Shown piece by piece: positions 8,280 through 15,252 of a stretch of DNA of 32,000 nucleotides. Within the stretch, counting starts at the first letter, position 1. Each line of letters starts with the position of its first letter. The stretch is taken from NCBI RefSeq assembly GCF_000146505.1, contig NC_017448.1, forward strand, positions 960,001 to 992,000, in the 5' to 3' direction. The notes under the pieces are model-generated. The model did not search any database, was not told where the DNA came from, and was given only the letters and a program-made list of their open reading frames with translations. The translations under genes and the position numbers were made by a program. The stretch is from Fibrobacter succinogenes subsp. succinogenes S85 (GTDB lineage: Bacteria; Fibrobacterota; Fibrobacteria; Fibrobacterales; Fibrobacteraceae).

Positions 8280-9348
8280 AAAGCTTACCCATCATTTCTA
8301 CAACTTGTGGAAAATCGTGCTCATCTACAACAAAAGATATCCCATTCTTTTCAAAAACGAACCTGCGGAAGCCTTTGTCATTGCGCTTCATTTTTTGCAA
8401 TTCCGACTTGTCAAACGAAAAAGTCTTTTCACCATAACGGGTGCAAAATATAAACTTATCCTTGAACCATCTGATTTCAAAAATTTGCTTTGAATTGCGA
8501 TAGGCTTCGACCCAAAAAAGGATAGCCAAACATAAGCAACAAAACCAATCAGAATCAACATTCCCATTTATCCCATTAAAAAGACAAACCACAGTCAACA
8601 AAAGCCCAATAATACCTTGCCATAACACGGTTAACATGCTGCAACGGCGTCCCAAAGGCTTGTACGTTATATATTCAGCACCTTTTGCTTTGATTGTTTT
8701 ATCCGTTGAACATCCATTAATTTGGCATAACATTTTCACGACATCAGGAAACGCATTTTCACGAAGAACAAATGTCTGTTTTCCTTTTTTCAAGAAAACA
8801 CTAAAACCACCTCTTCCTGATTCATCGCAACAACAAGTGAAAGATTTATTAAACAAAAATTCCTTTGGGCCAAAGAATGTTTTCAAAATAAATTTACCCT
8901 TAAACCATTCCACAGCAAAAACTGTTTTTGAACAAATATAAATAGCACAAGTCAACACAAAACTTGAAAGCAACCAAATCGGCCACAAAGACTCTATGCC
9001 AACAACAAAGAGCACCTCAACTGTGATAAACAATAATGCAACGATTGAAAAAAACATTACCAAAATACATTCAACAAGACTCGGCCTTGCAATTTTATAC
9101 TCAATGTACCCATCAGGATTTTTTGCCAAGTCTAGTTCATCATTTTTGTCAAGAAAAGTAAAGCCATTGATATCATCTTGACTTTGTTTCAAAACAGTTT
9201 CAAGTTGACATTCCTGCAATTCAGGCGTAAATTGTTCTGAACACTCCGTCTGCACATCCACTTGACCAAAATTCGGATTCAGGGCGTCGCACCACAAGCA
9301 ACGCGGCATATCATCTTCATACTTATCTCCGCATTTCGGACAAATCAT
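8272..9348 (-). CDS. Zinc-ribbon membrane protein with an internally duplicated 2TM + PH-like module
   Basis: N-terminal CPKC-x12-CLWC. Two homologous halves follow, each with YI(E/T)YK, two hydrophobic helices, (E/R)WFK(G/D)KFI and F(V)(L/V)xExxFPxVVxM (VEWFKGKFILKTFFGPKEFLFNKSF...FPDVVKML versus IRWFKDKFIFCTRYGEKTFSFDKSE...FPQVVEMM). It is AT-rich. Confidence 0.7.
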   Translation of the reverse strand: MICPKCGDKYEDDMPRCLWCDALNPNFGQVDVQTECSEQFTPELQECQLETVLKQSQDDINGFTFLDKNDELDLAKNPDGYIEYKIARPSLVECILVMFFSIVALLFITVEVLFVVGIESLWPIWLLSSFVLTCAIYICSKTVFAVEWFKGKFILKTFFGPKEFLFNKSFTCCCDESGRGGFSVFLKKGKQTFVLRENAFPDVVKMLCQINGCSTDKTIKAKGAEYITYKPLGRRCSMLTVLWQGIIGLLLTVVCLFNGINGNVDSDWFCCLCLAILFWVEAYRNSKQIFEIRWFKDKFIFCTRYGEKTFSFDKSELQKMKRNDKGFRRFVFEKNGISFVVDEHDFPQVVEMMGKLYD

Positions 9349-9369
9349 AATAGGAATTCTTCAAAGTAA

Positions 9370-9993
9370 TTAATGATTAAGCAACCTGCCTGATGTTGGC
9401 AAACGCAATACCCTCAGGCGAATGATAACCGCAATTGTAGCCCCGATAAGGCACATGAACATATCTGTCTGCGTATCCCAAATGTAACCTTGCGTTCCCA
9501 AGAACGCTTCCGTATCCGTCGGATTGCTGAGCGATGCCAGCCACTCAATAATTTCATAAAGCGCAGAAATTGCCTCGGCCACGCACACCGACAAAAATCC
9601 CGTCCAGCCCGCCGTCTTGATCGGAGTTGTGCGACGCAAAAGTTCAATCATCACAAGCCCGGGCGTGACACCTTGCATCAAATGCCCGATTTTATCGTAG
9701 TTGTTTCGCGCAAAGCCAAACCAATCCTGCATCCAGAATCCAAGCGGAACCTTCGCATACGAATAGTGCGCTCCAACCAAAAGTACCGCCATATGGAAAG
9801 CCATTACCACGTAAAGATACGTGGGCATCCTGAACTTTTTGTAGGTAAATACAAGGACCAACAGCCCGACAATCGCGGGAGCCGCTTCAAGAATCCAAGT
9901 GAGGTAAGTATCCTCAACTCCGACAACAGACCAAAGCATCGTCAGGAGAACAAATGCAAGCAAGAACAAATGAGATTTAGCAATATTATTCAT
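9370..9993 (-). CDS. DUF2238 (YjdF-like) inner-membrane protein
   Basis: Multi-TM protein with the conserved ARNNYDKIGHLMQGVTPG and ALYEIIEWL segments typical of DUF2238. The start is taken at MNNIAKSHLF (9993); an alternative ATG lies at 10023. Confidence 0.7.
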   Translation of the reverse strand: MNNIAKSHLFLLAFVLLTMLWSVVGVEDTYLTWILEAAPAIVGLLVLVFTYKKFRMPTYLYVVMAFHMAVLLVGAHYSYAKVPLGFWMQDWFGFARNNYDKIGHLMQGVTPGLVMIELLRRTTPIKTAGWTGFLSVCVAEAISALYEIIEWLASLSNPTDTEAFLGTQGYIWDTQTDMFMCLIGATIAVIIRLRVLRLPTSGRLLNH

Positions 9994-10037
9994 AGTAGGA
10001 ATAATACAAATTTTCATCGACATACAGTATTTCAGAG

Positions 10038-10871
10038 TTACTTTCCATTCACCCTAAATACACCTTGAATAATTAATCTTACTTCTGTTTGGCTCAACGG
10101 TTTTTCAGAACTTTCCATTGAAATTATGAGATTTTTCCCAGGGACATAGCCGCATTGGAGGTAAGACGATAATTTTTTGACCGACAAAGAAGCATACTCA
10201 GGATTATCCATCATTCCCAAATGTTCCCATAACAGTTCTTTACGTGTACGCAAATCAAGACAAGTAAAATCTGGATAAACGCTCCGACCACCATCCGCGA
10301 GTTTCAACGGACATTCGTATTTATAAGGGATTCCCAAACGCCCAAGCGTATCCGCAATAATCACCTCTGACTTTGAACGTACTCGTTCGCCCTTTGCAGT
10401 CCGCAAATCTGGAACTCCCGCTTCAAAATGTTTTCCCTTATACGGCACAGCAAGCCATCGCCTCGCATATTCTTCATCCGAAAGCAGGATTGGTTCAACC
10501 AAAGACTTGCGGACTTCATTCATCCGATTGTAAATGTTTGTCAATTCTTCGGGACTGTATTTTGCAATAAAACCATCAATTAACGAAAGTTCATGTTCCA
10601 TTTCCCGAAGTGCTTTTTCGTCATAATCCTTCTGCGCAAGTTTTGACATTTGTGAAACATTGTCTTTGGGAATATATTCGCCCTTTAGCGATTTGGCATC
10701 AGTCAAATGATAACCGTAAAATTGATTTCCGCGTTTTGCGAGCCTCAAATGCCCCTGCGGAGCACGCTTCAAAGATTTTTTCGTTCTTTCAACAACACGG
10801 AGAAGTTCCTCCGCACGATTTTGTAACGATAGCAATAAAATGTCGGGAGACAAACATTCAAATGATTGCAT
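10038..10871 (-). CDS. Hypothetical protein: coiled-coil N-region plus a PD-(D/E)XK/Vsr/TnsA-like nuclease-fold C-domain (inferred)
   Basis: The C-terminal pattern RSKSEVIIADTLGRLGIPYKYECPL...YPDFTCLD...LLWEHLGMMD resembles restriction-endonuclease-fold cores (E...PD...E). The start is placed at ATG 10871, preceded by AGAGGGTGCG (SD-like). The track ORF extends to 11030, but that extension is hydrophobic and low-complexity and lies upstream of a candidate promoter box. Confidence 0.5.
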   Translation of the reverse strand: MQSFECLSPDILLLSLQNRAEELLRVVERTKKSLKRAPQGHLRLAKRGNQFYGYHLTDAKSLKGEYIPKDNVSQMSKLAQKDYDEKALREMEHELSLIDGFIAKYSPEELTNIYNRMNEVRKSLVEPILLSDEEYARRWLAVPYKGKHFEAGVPDLRTAKGERVRSKSEVIIADTLGRLGIPYKYECPLKLADGGRSVYPDFTCLDLRTRKELLWEHLGMMDNPEYASLSVKKLSSYLQCGYVPGKNLIISMESSEKPLSQTEVRLIIQGVFRVNGK

Positions 10872-10982
10872 CGCACCCTCTTGTAATAGTTCATATAATA
10901 AACGATATAGCAAACCGAGGAGCAAACGCATCCTACATATAATAAGATAGGTCAGGTTGCATAACCCGACATTTGAAATATG

Positions 10983-10990
10983 CAAAAATA
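10983..10990 (-). promoter_or_regulatory. Candidate -7 promoter box TATTTTTG for the minus-strand five-gene cluster
   Basis: The minus strand reads TATTTTTG, about 110 nt upstream of the ATG at 10871. Confidence 0.3.
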
Positions 10991-11050
10991 GTCGCGAAAA
11001 AACAAGTGGAGAAGCATATTTCACATTCAATGAGAAATTTTTGAAAAAAC

Positions 11051-11267
11051 ATGCTACAAAAATGAACTTTTTAACAATTTAGTAGCACAAATTTTACTTT
11101 ATATTCAACATTTAAAGACTAGGCCGCAGCAATTATGCTACTAAAACGGGCATTTACGCAATCCTGTAGCATACAAAAGAGCTCAATCATGAAATCATGC
11201 ATTAATTTTAGTTATTTTATTCAAATTTTATGCTACTAAATCAGGTATTTTGACAATTTTGTAGCAC
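11051..11267. repeat. Three copies of a 38-bp element, ATGCTACWAAA-N7-TTT-N3-CAAT-N3-GTAGCAY, each with 7-bp inverted termini
   Basis: Copies lie at 11051-11088, 11135-11172 and 11230-11267. All are exactly 38 bp. By my alignment 29/38 (copy 2 vs 3) and 28/38 (copy 1 vs 3) positions are identical. ATGCTAC is the reverse complement of GTAGCAT. Gaps between copies are 46 and 57 bp. Confidence 0.85.
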
Positions 11268-11322
11268 ATTTTCGCATTTTCCGCATATTCGAACAGCAAC
11301 ATCCGCCATTTGCGCCATTTAT

Positions 11323-11352
11323 CCCTCGTCTCTCGTCACTCATCTCTCGTCT
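11323..11352. repeat. Tandem heptamer repeat (TCTCGTC family; complement GACGAGA)
   Basis: ccCTCGTC-TCTCGTC-ACTCATC-TCTCGTC-t, directly upstream of the miaB -7 box. Confidence 0.8.
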
Positions 11353-11359
11353 AAAAAAC

Positions 11360-11367
11360 TATCTTTG
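11360..11367 (+). promoter_or_regulatory. Candidate -7 promoter box TATCTTTG, 5 nt upstream of the miaB ATG
   Basis: TATCTTTG-gccgc-ATG(11373). The spacing is the same as at 3384 and 29030. Confidence 0.45.
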
Positions 11368-11372
11368 GCCGC

Positions 11373-12695
11373 ATGAAAAAATACCACTTGGCCACATACG
11401 GCTGCCAGATGAACGAATACGACTCCGCGATGATTGCGCAGGAGCTGGACATGTGCGGTTGCGTCGAGACGAACAACCAGGAAGACGCCGACATCATCAT
11501 CGTAAACACCTGCAGCGTGCGTGAAAAGGCCGAGGAAACAGCCATCGTCAACATCAGCAAACTCAAGTACTTGCGCAAGAAGAATCCCGACGTGAAAGTC
11601 GTCGTGTGCGGTTGCATGGCAAAGAATCGTGGGCCGGAACTGCTCAAGCGCCTCAAGAACGTGAACTACATCGTAGGCCCAGACCAGTACCGCAAAATTC
11701 CAGAACTCCTGTTCGGGGATGCCCAGAGCCCGCTGCACAAGACGCACCACAAGATGTTCATCGACGAAGACCGCGACGAGAACTACCTCGGCGAATACGC
11801 CAAGCTCCAGAATGACGTGAGCGCATTCGTCGCGATCCAGCGCGGTTGCAACAAGCGCTGCAGCTACTGCATCGTGCCGTACCTCCGCGGCCCCGAGAAA
11901 TACCGCGACATGGACGACGTGCTGACAGAAGTCAAGCGCGCCGCCGACAAGGGCATCACCGAAGTGATGTTGCTCGGCCAGACGGTGAACGCCTACAAGA
12001 CGCCAAACGCTGACTTCACGACTTTACTAACAAAAGTTTCCGAAATCGGTGGTATCAAGCGCATCCGCTTTACAAGCCCGCACCCGCGCCATTATACGAA
12101 CGAACTCATTGACGTTCTCTTGAACAACCCGAAGGTCTGCCATTACGCGCACATTCCGCTCCAGAGCGGCTCCGACGCCATCCTCAAGAAGATGCGCCGC
12201 CAGCACAACATGGAACAGTACATGACCGTCATCGAGCAGTTGCGCAGCAAGGATCCGTACTACGCCATTTCGACTGACGTGATTTGCGGATTTGTCGGCG
12301 AAACTGACGAAGATTTTGAACAGACGATCAAGGCATTTGAAGCCTGCCAGTTCGACACGGCATACATGTTCATTTACAGCCCGCGCAAGGGCACAGAATC
12401 GTTCAACGAAGCCGAAATCCTCACGCCCGAAGAAAAGTCGGCACGCCATTCGCGCCTCGTGGAACTCCAGAACGCCATCACGCTCAAACGCAACCAGATG
12501 ATGATTGGCCGCACCGAAGAAATCCTCGTCGAACACGGCTCCACCCGCGACAAGACAGAACTCGTCGGCAAGACGGACAACTTCAAGAAGGTCATTTTCA
12601 AGCCCGAAGAAGGTCGCATCATCAAGCCGGGCGATTACGTCAAGGTGAAAATCGACGATATCCGAGGCTGGACGCTCCGCGGCACGCTCGTGTAA
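11373..12695 (+). CDS. miaB: tRNA-2-methylthio-N6-dimethylallyladenosine synthase (radical-SAM methylthiotransferase)
   Basis: N-terminal UPF0004 Cys motif YGCQMNEYDS, radical-SAM CNKRCSYCIVP, and a C-terminal TRAM domain (GDYVKVKIDDIRGWTLRGTLV). Confidence 0.95.
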   Translation: MKKYHLATYGCQMNEYDSAMIAQELDMCGCVETNNQEDADIIIVNTCSVREKAEETAIVNISKLKYLRKKNPDVKVVVCGCMAKNRGPELLKRLKNVNYIVGPDQYRKIPELLFGDAQSPLHKTHHKMFIDEDRDENYLGEYAKLQNDVSAFVAIQRGCNKRCSYCIVPYLRGPEKYRDMDDVLTEVKRAADKGITEVMLLGQTVNAYKTPNADFTTLLTKVSEIGGIKRIRFTSPHPRHYTNELIDVLLNNPKVCHYAHIPLQSGSDAILKKMRRQHNMEQYMTVIEQLRSKDPYYAISTDVICGFVGETDEDFEQTIKAFEACQFDTAYMFIYSPRKGTESFNEAEILTPEEKSARHSRLVELQNAITLKRNQMMIGRTEEILVEHGSTRDKTELVGKTDNFKKVIFKPEEGRIIKPGDYVKVKIDDIRGWTLRGTLV

Positions 12696-12831
12696 TACAC
12701 CTCAAAAACGCAGACCGCACTCCCTAGTCGAGTTTACGTAACTCACGGAATATCAACGAGTTACACATTCAGCGCAAGCCATTTTGTAAAAATATTCATA
12801 TCTTTACTCTTGAGGGTAACTAGAGGGTAAT

Positions 12832-13803
12832 ATGGCTAAATATTTTATTCACAATTTGGTTATTACAGGCGCATTGTGCGCGTTTGCCACCACAGCATCT
12901 TTTGCTGAGGCCGCACCGACTCTCGCCACCGCCCAAAAAGCTTACGTCAACGGCAACTGGAAAGTCGCCGCCGCCGCATACGAACAGGTCTGTCCGAACG
13001 AACCTGAAAACACTCGTACCGAATGCTATTTATGGAACGTGCTAGCCCTTTCCCAAACGGGCATCGCCGCTGATTTCAGCAAGGCAGGCAAGCGTCTCGA
13101 CAGTCTCATCGACAAGACGAACCCGCAACAAGCCATTTACGCGGACCTTATGATGACCAAGGCCCAGTTCCAAATGTACCTTGGCCGTTACAACAAAGCC
13201 GCCGAATCCCTCGTACACGCAATTGAAACTTCGCAGCCGCATCAAGTGACCGTGCTGCAAAAAGTCTGCGTCGCCGTCCAAGACCGCGCCCACAGCGAAG
13301 AGCTGAACGAAGCCTGCAAAAACCTCGGCAATCCGGAAGCCCAGAAGCTTGCCGCCGCCCAAAAGGAACAGGCAAAAGCCGAACAAGCAAATGCTGAACA
13401 GGTCGCTAGTACCGCTCCGCAAGCAAGCACAACACCAGCAACAAATAACGACGCCGCCAAGGCCGCAGAATCAAAGGTCGCAGCCCCCGCAACAGCAGTT
13501 GCTACTGCAGAACCCGCGCAAACAAAGGCTCCCGAAACAAAGCCGGCCGAAGCAAAATCCGCATGGCAACTGCAGCTGGGCGCATTTGGCGTCAAGTCCA
13601 ACGCCGACTTGCTCGTAGACAATCTTAAAAGGCGCAACATAGCCTGCACCATCAGCCAGAACACGCTTGAAAGCGGCAAAGTCCTCTATATCGTGCGCAC
13701 CGGTCCATTTGATACAAAGGAAAGTGCAGTGGACTATGGCGCCAAAAAACTGGCCCCGCTCAACGTAGAATTCAGGCCAATGCTTGTAAAACAAGCCCTT
13801 TAA
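12832..13803 (+). CDS. SPOR-domain protein with signal peptide, TPR-like N-region and Ala/Gln/Lys/Pro-rich linker
   Basis: Signal peptide ...ALCAFATTASFAEA. The C-terminal SPOR-like segment is WQLQLGAFGVKSNADLLVDNLKRRNIACTI...YIVRTGPFDTKESA. An SD-like AGAGGGTAAT precedes the ATG. Confidence 0.8.
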   Translation: MAKYFIHNLVITGALCAFATTASFAEAAPTLATAQKAYVNGNWKVAAAAYEQVCPNEPENTRTECYLWNVLALSQTGIAADFSKAGKRLDSLIDKTNPQQAIYADLMMTKAQFQMYLGRYNKAAESLVHAIETSQPHQVTVLQKVCVAVQDRAHSEELNEACKNLGNPEAQKLAAAQKEQAKAEQANAEQVASTAPQASTTPATNNDAAKAAESKVAAPATAVATAEPAQTKAPETKPAEAKSAWQLQLGAFGVKSNADLLVDNLKRRNIACTISQNTLESGKVLYIVRTGPFDTKESAVDYGAKKLAPLNVEFRPMLVKQAL

Positions 13804-13843
13804 GCAAACAAAATTATACTCAAAAAAATTTTTTACAGATTTT

Positions 13844-13867
13844 AACGCCTAAAACATGCGTTTTTTT
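13844..13867 (+). terminator. Weak rho-independent terminator after the SPOR gene
   Basis: AACGC-ctaaaacat-GCGTT followed by T7. The stem is only 5 bp. Confidence 0.35.
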
Positions 13868-13901
13868 GCTTAATACCTACAAAAAAAGCAAAAATAGTGC
13901 T

Positions 13902-13909
13902 ATATTTGT
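13902..13909 (+). promoter_or_regulatory. Candidate -7 promoter box TATATTTG for tRNA-Leu
   Basis: Exact TAnnTTTG match, 12 nt upstream of the mature tRNA 5' end. Confidence 0.5.
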
Positions 13910-13921
13910 GTTGCTTCCCCG

Positions 13922-14005
13922 CCGGGGTGGTGAAATTGGTAGACGCGCTGGACTCAAAATCCAGTACTCGCGAGAGTGTGAGGGTTCGATTCCCTCCCCC
14001 GGCAT
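13922..14005 (+). tRNA. tRNA-Leu (anticodon CAA), class II with long variable arm
   Basis: Acceptor GCCGGGG/CCCCGGC, anticodon arm CTGGA-CTCAAAA-TCCAG (CAA), long variable arm TACTCGCGAGAGTGT, T-arm GAGGG-TTCGATT-CCCTC, discriminator A. Confidence 0.9.
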
Positions 14006-14029
14006 TAAACGTTTAAGAAAGAGATCAAA

Positions 14030-14761
14030 ATGAGTAACATGTTCAAAGTGCTTTCTGCTGTTCTTTTCGCGGGCTCACTAGCGTTTGCTCAGTCTGACGA
14101 CCTCTTCTCTGACGATTTCCAAGATGCTGCAACAGCAGACTCTATTGCACAGGCTAATGCCGAAGCAACAAATCAATCTAACATCGGTAATGCACAGGCC
14201 GTCGGTGGCCAGTGGGAAGGCTTCAAGTATGAAGACATGGGCCTTACTCAGTGGGAATACCAGCAGGCTAAGGAACAAGGCGTTACTCGTGAAAAGTTGA
14301 CAAAGCTTGTTGAACTTGGCATCCGCCCGACAGAATATCTCCAGAAGCCGTGGAACAGACTCGGTGTGAGCGAAGAAGATTGGCTCAGCCAGCGTGCCGA
14401 AGGCATGGAAGATGCAGACATTGACCGTTCTTACCGTTATCGCAGTGGTGATCAGAAGAGTGCATATATTTCTCTCTTGATTCCTTCTTACTACCAGTGG
14501 AAAACAAAACAGACCGCAAAGGCAACCTTTATGGATGTTCTTGAAATTGGTAGTATCGCAGTCACGGTAGTCTTCAAAGTACAAGACAAGAGCTACTGGT
14601 GGTACGGATTCCTCGGAATCGCAGCCGCTCACCTCTGGTCTTTCGCAGATGCATTCATCAGCACCCAATGGGATAGCAATCCGGATGCAAACCGCTTCAG
14701 CTTTGGCGTTATTCCGACTCCGGACCAGGGCGTTGCAAGTTTCTTCAATGTCAAGTTCTAA
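14030..14761 (+). CDS. Secreted or membrane-associated hypothetical protein
   Basis: Signal peptide MSNMFKVLSAVLFAGSLAFAQS. Repeated G(L/V)(T/S)xxEW-type helical motifs are followed by hydrophobic C-terminal segments, and the protein ends ...FFNVKF. It lies 6 nt upstream of panD. Confidence 0.6.
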   Translation: MSNMFKVLSAVLFAGSLAFAQSDDLFSDDFQDAATADSIAQANAEATNQSNIGNAQAVGGQWEGFKYEDMGLTQWEYQQAKEQGVTREKLTKLVELGIRPTEYLQKPWNRLGVSEEDWLSQRAEGMEDADIDRSYRYRSGDQKSAYISLLIPSYYQWKTKQTAKATFMDVLEIGSIAVTVVFKVQDKSYWWYGFLGIAAAHLWSFADAFISTQWDSNPDANRFSFGVIPTPDQGVASFFNVKF

Positions 14762-14767
14762 GCAGCA

Positions 14768-15124
14768 ATGCAGCTAGAATTACTTAAAGCCAAAATACAT
14801 CGCGCTACTGTAACTGATGCAAACCTCAATTACGAAGGTTCCATCACTATCGCACGCGATTTGATGGATGCAGCAGGCATCCTCCCCTTCGAAAAAGTCG
14901 GCGTCCTTGACGTCAATAATGGTTCTCGGCTCGATACTTATGTCATCGAAGGCAAAGCAGGCTCTGGCGTGATTTGCTTAAACGGTGCCGCAGCTCGCTT
15001 GGTACAGCCGGGCGACCTCGTGATTATCGTAGCTTATGCAACGATGTCTCCGGAAGAAGCCAAGACCTGGAAGCCAACTGTCATTCGCGTCAACGGCAAA
15101 AACGAAATTATCGAAAAAATCTAA
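14768..15124 (+). CDS. panD: Aspartate 1-decarboxylase
   Basis: [28 protein letters not shown]... includes the self-cleavage Gly-Ser in YEGS. The protein is 118 aa. Confidence 0.95.
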   Translation: MQLELLKAKIHRATVTDANLNYEGSITIARDLMDAAGILPFEKVGVLDVNNGSRLDTYVIEGKAGSGVICLNGAAARLVQPGDLVIIVAYATMSPEEAKTWKPTVIRVNGKNEIIEKI

Positions 15125-15150
15125 AAGCGCAAATACATGCGTATAAGGTT

Positions 15151-15174
15151 CCCGGCTTCGCCGGGCTTTTTTTA
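15151..15174 (+). terminator. Rho-independent terminator after panD
   Basis: CCCGGC-ttcg-CCGGGC followed by T7. Confidence 0.85.
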
Positions 15175-15252
15175 TAAAAAAATTTACGTTTTGGCAGTTT
15201 ATGACAATGTAAATGTTGTATATTAAAGGTAAACTAAAATAACGAGGTTTTA

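Noticed and set aside
10872-11030. N-terminal extension of the nuclease-like ORF (track start 11030)
   Set aside because: The extension is hydrophobic and low-complexity (LLLGLLYRLLYELL), lies upstream of a candidate promoter box, and the internal ATG at 10871 has an SD-like AGAGGGTG. The extension cannot be fully excluded.
11051-11267. The possibility that the three 38-bp repeats form a small CRISPR array
   Set aside because: There are only three copies. The repeat interiors are degenerate (about 75 percent identity), the spacers are unequal (46 and 57 bp), and no cas genes are in the window.
6289-11372. The low-GC cluster as a classical integrative or transposable element
   Set aside because: I found no integrase, transposase, relaxase or phage genes, and no flanking direct or terminal inverted repeats. 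The cluster is not adjacent to either tRNA gene. It is kept only as a compositionally atypical island.
13042-13794. Several overlapping ORFs on both strands inside the SPOR gene linker (for example 13242..13679 and 13349..13618)
   Set aside because: They arise from the low-complexity GC-rich Ala/Gln/Lys/Pro-coding linker. Only the 12832..13803 frame has a signal peptide and a SPOR domain.
15180-15252. A sigma70-type -35/-10 promoter (TTGGCA or ATGACA with TATATT) upstream of the flotillin gene
   Set aside because: The spacings are wrong (12 or 22 nt), and only a one-off TAnnnTTTG variant (TACGTTTTG) is present. The evidence is too weak to annotate.
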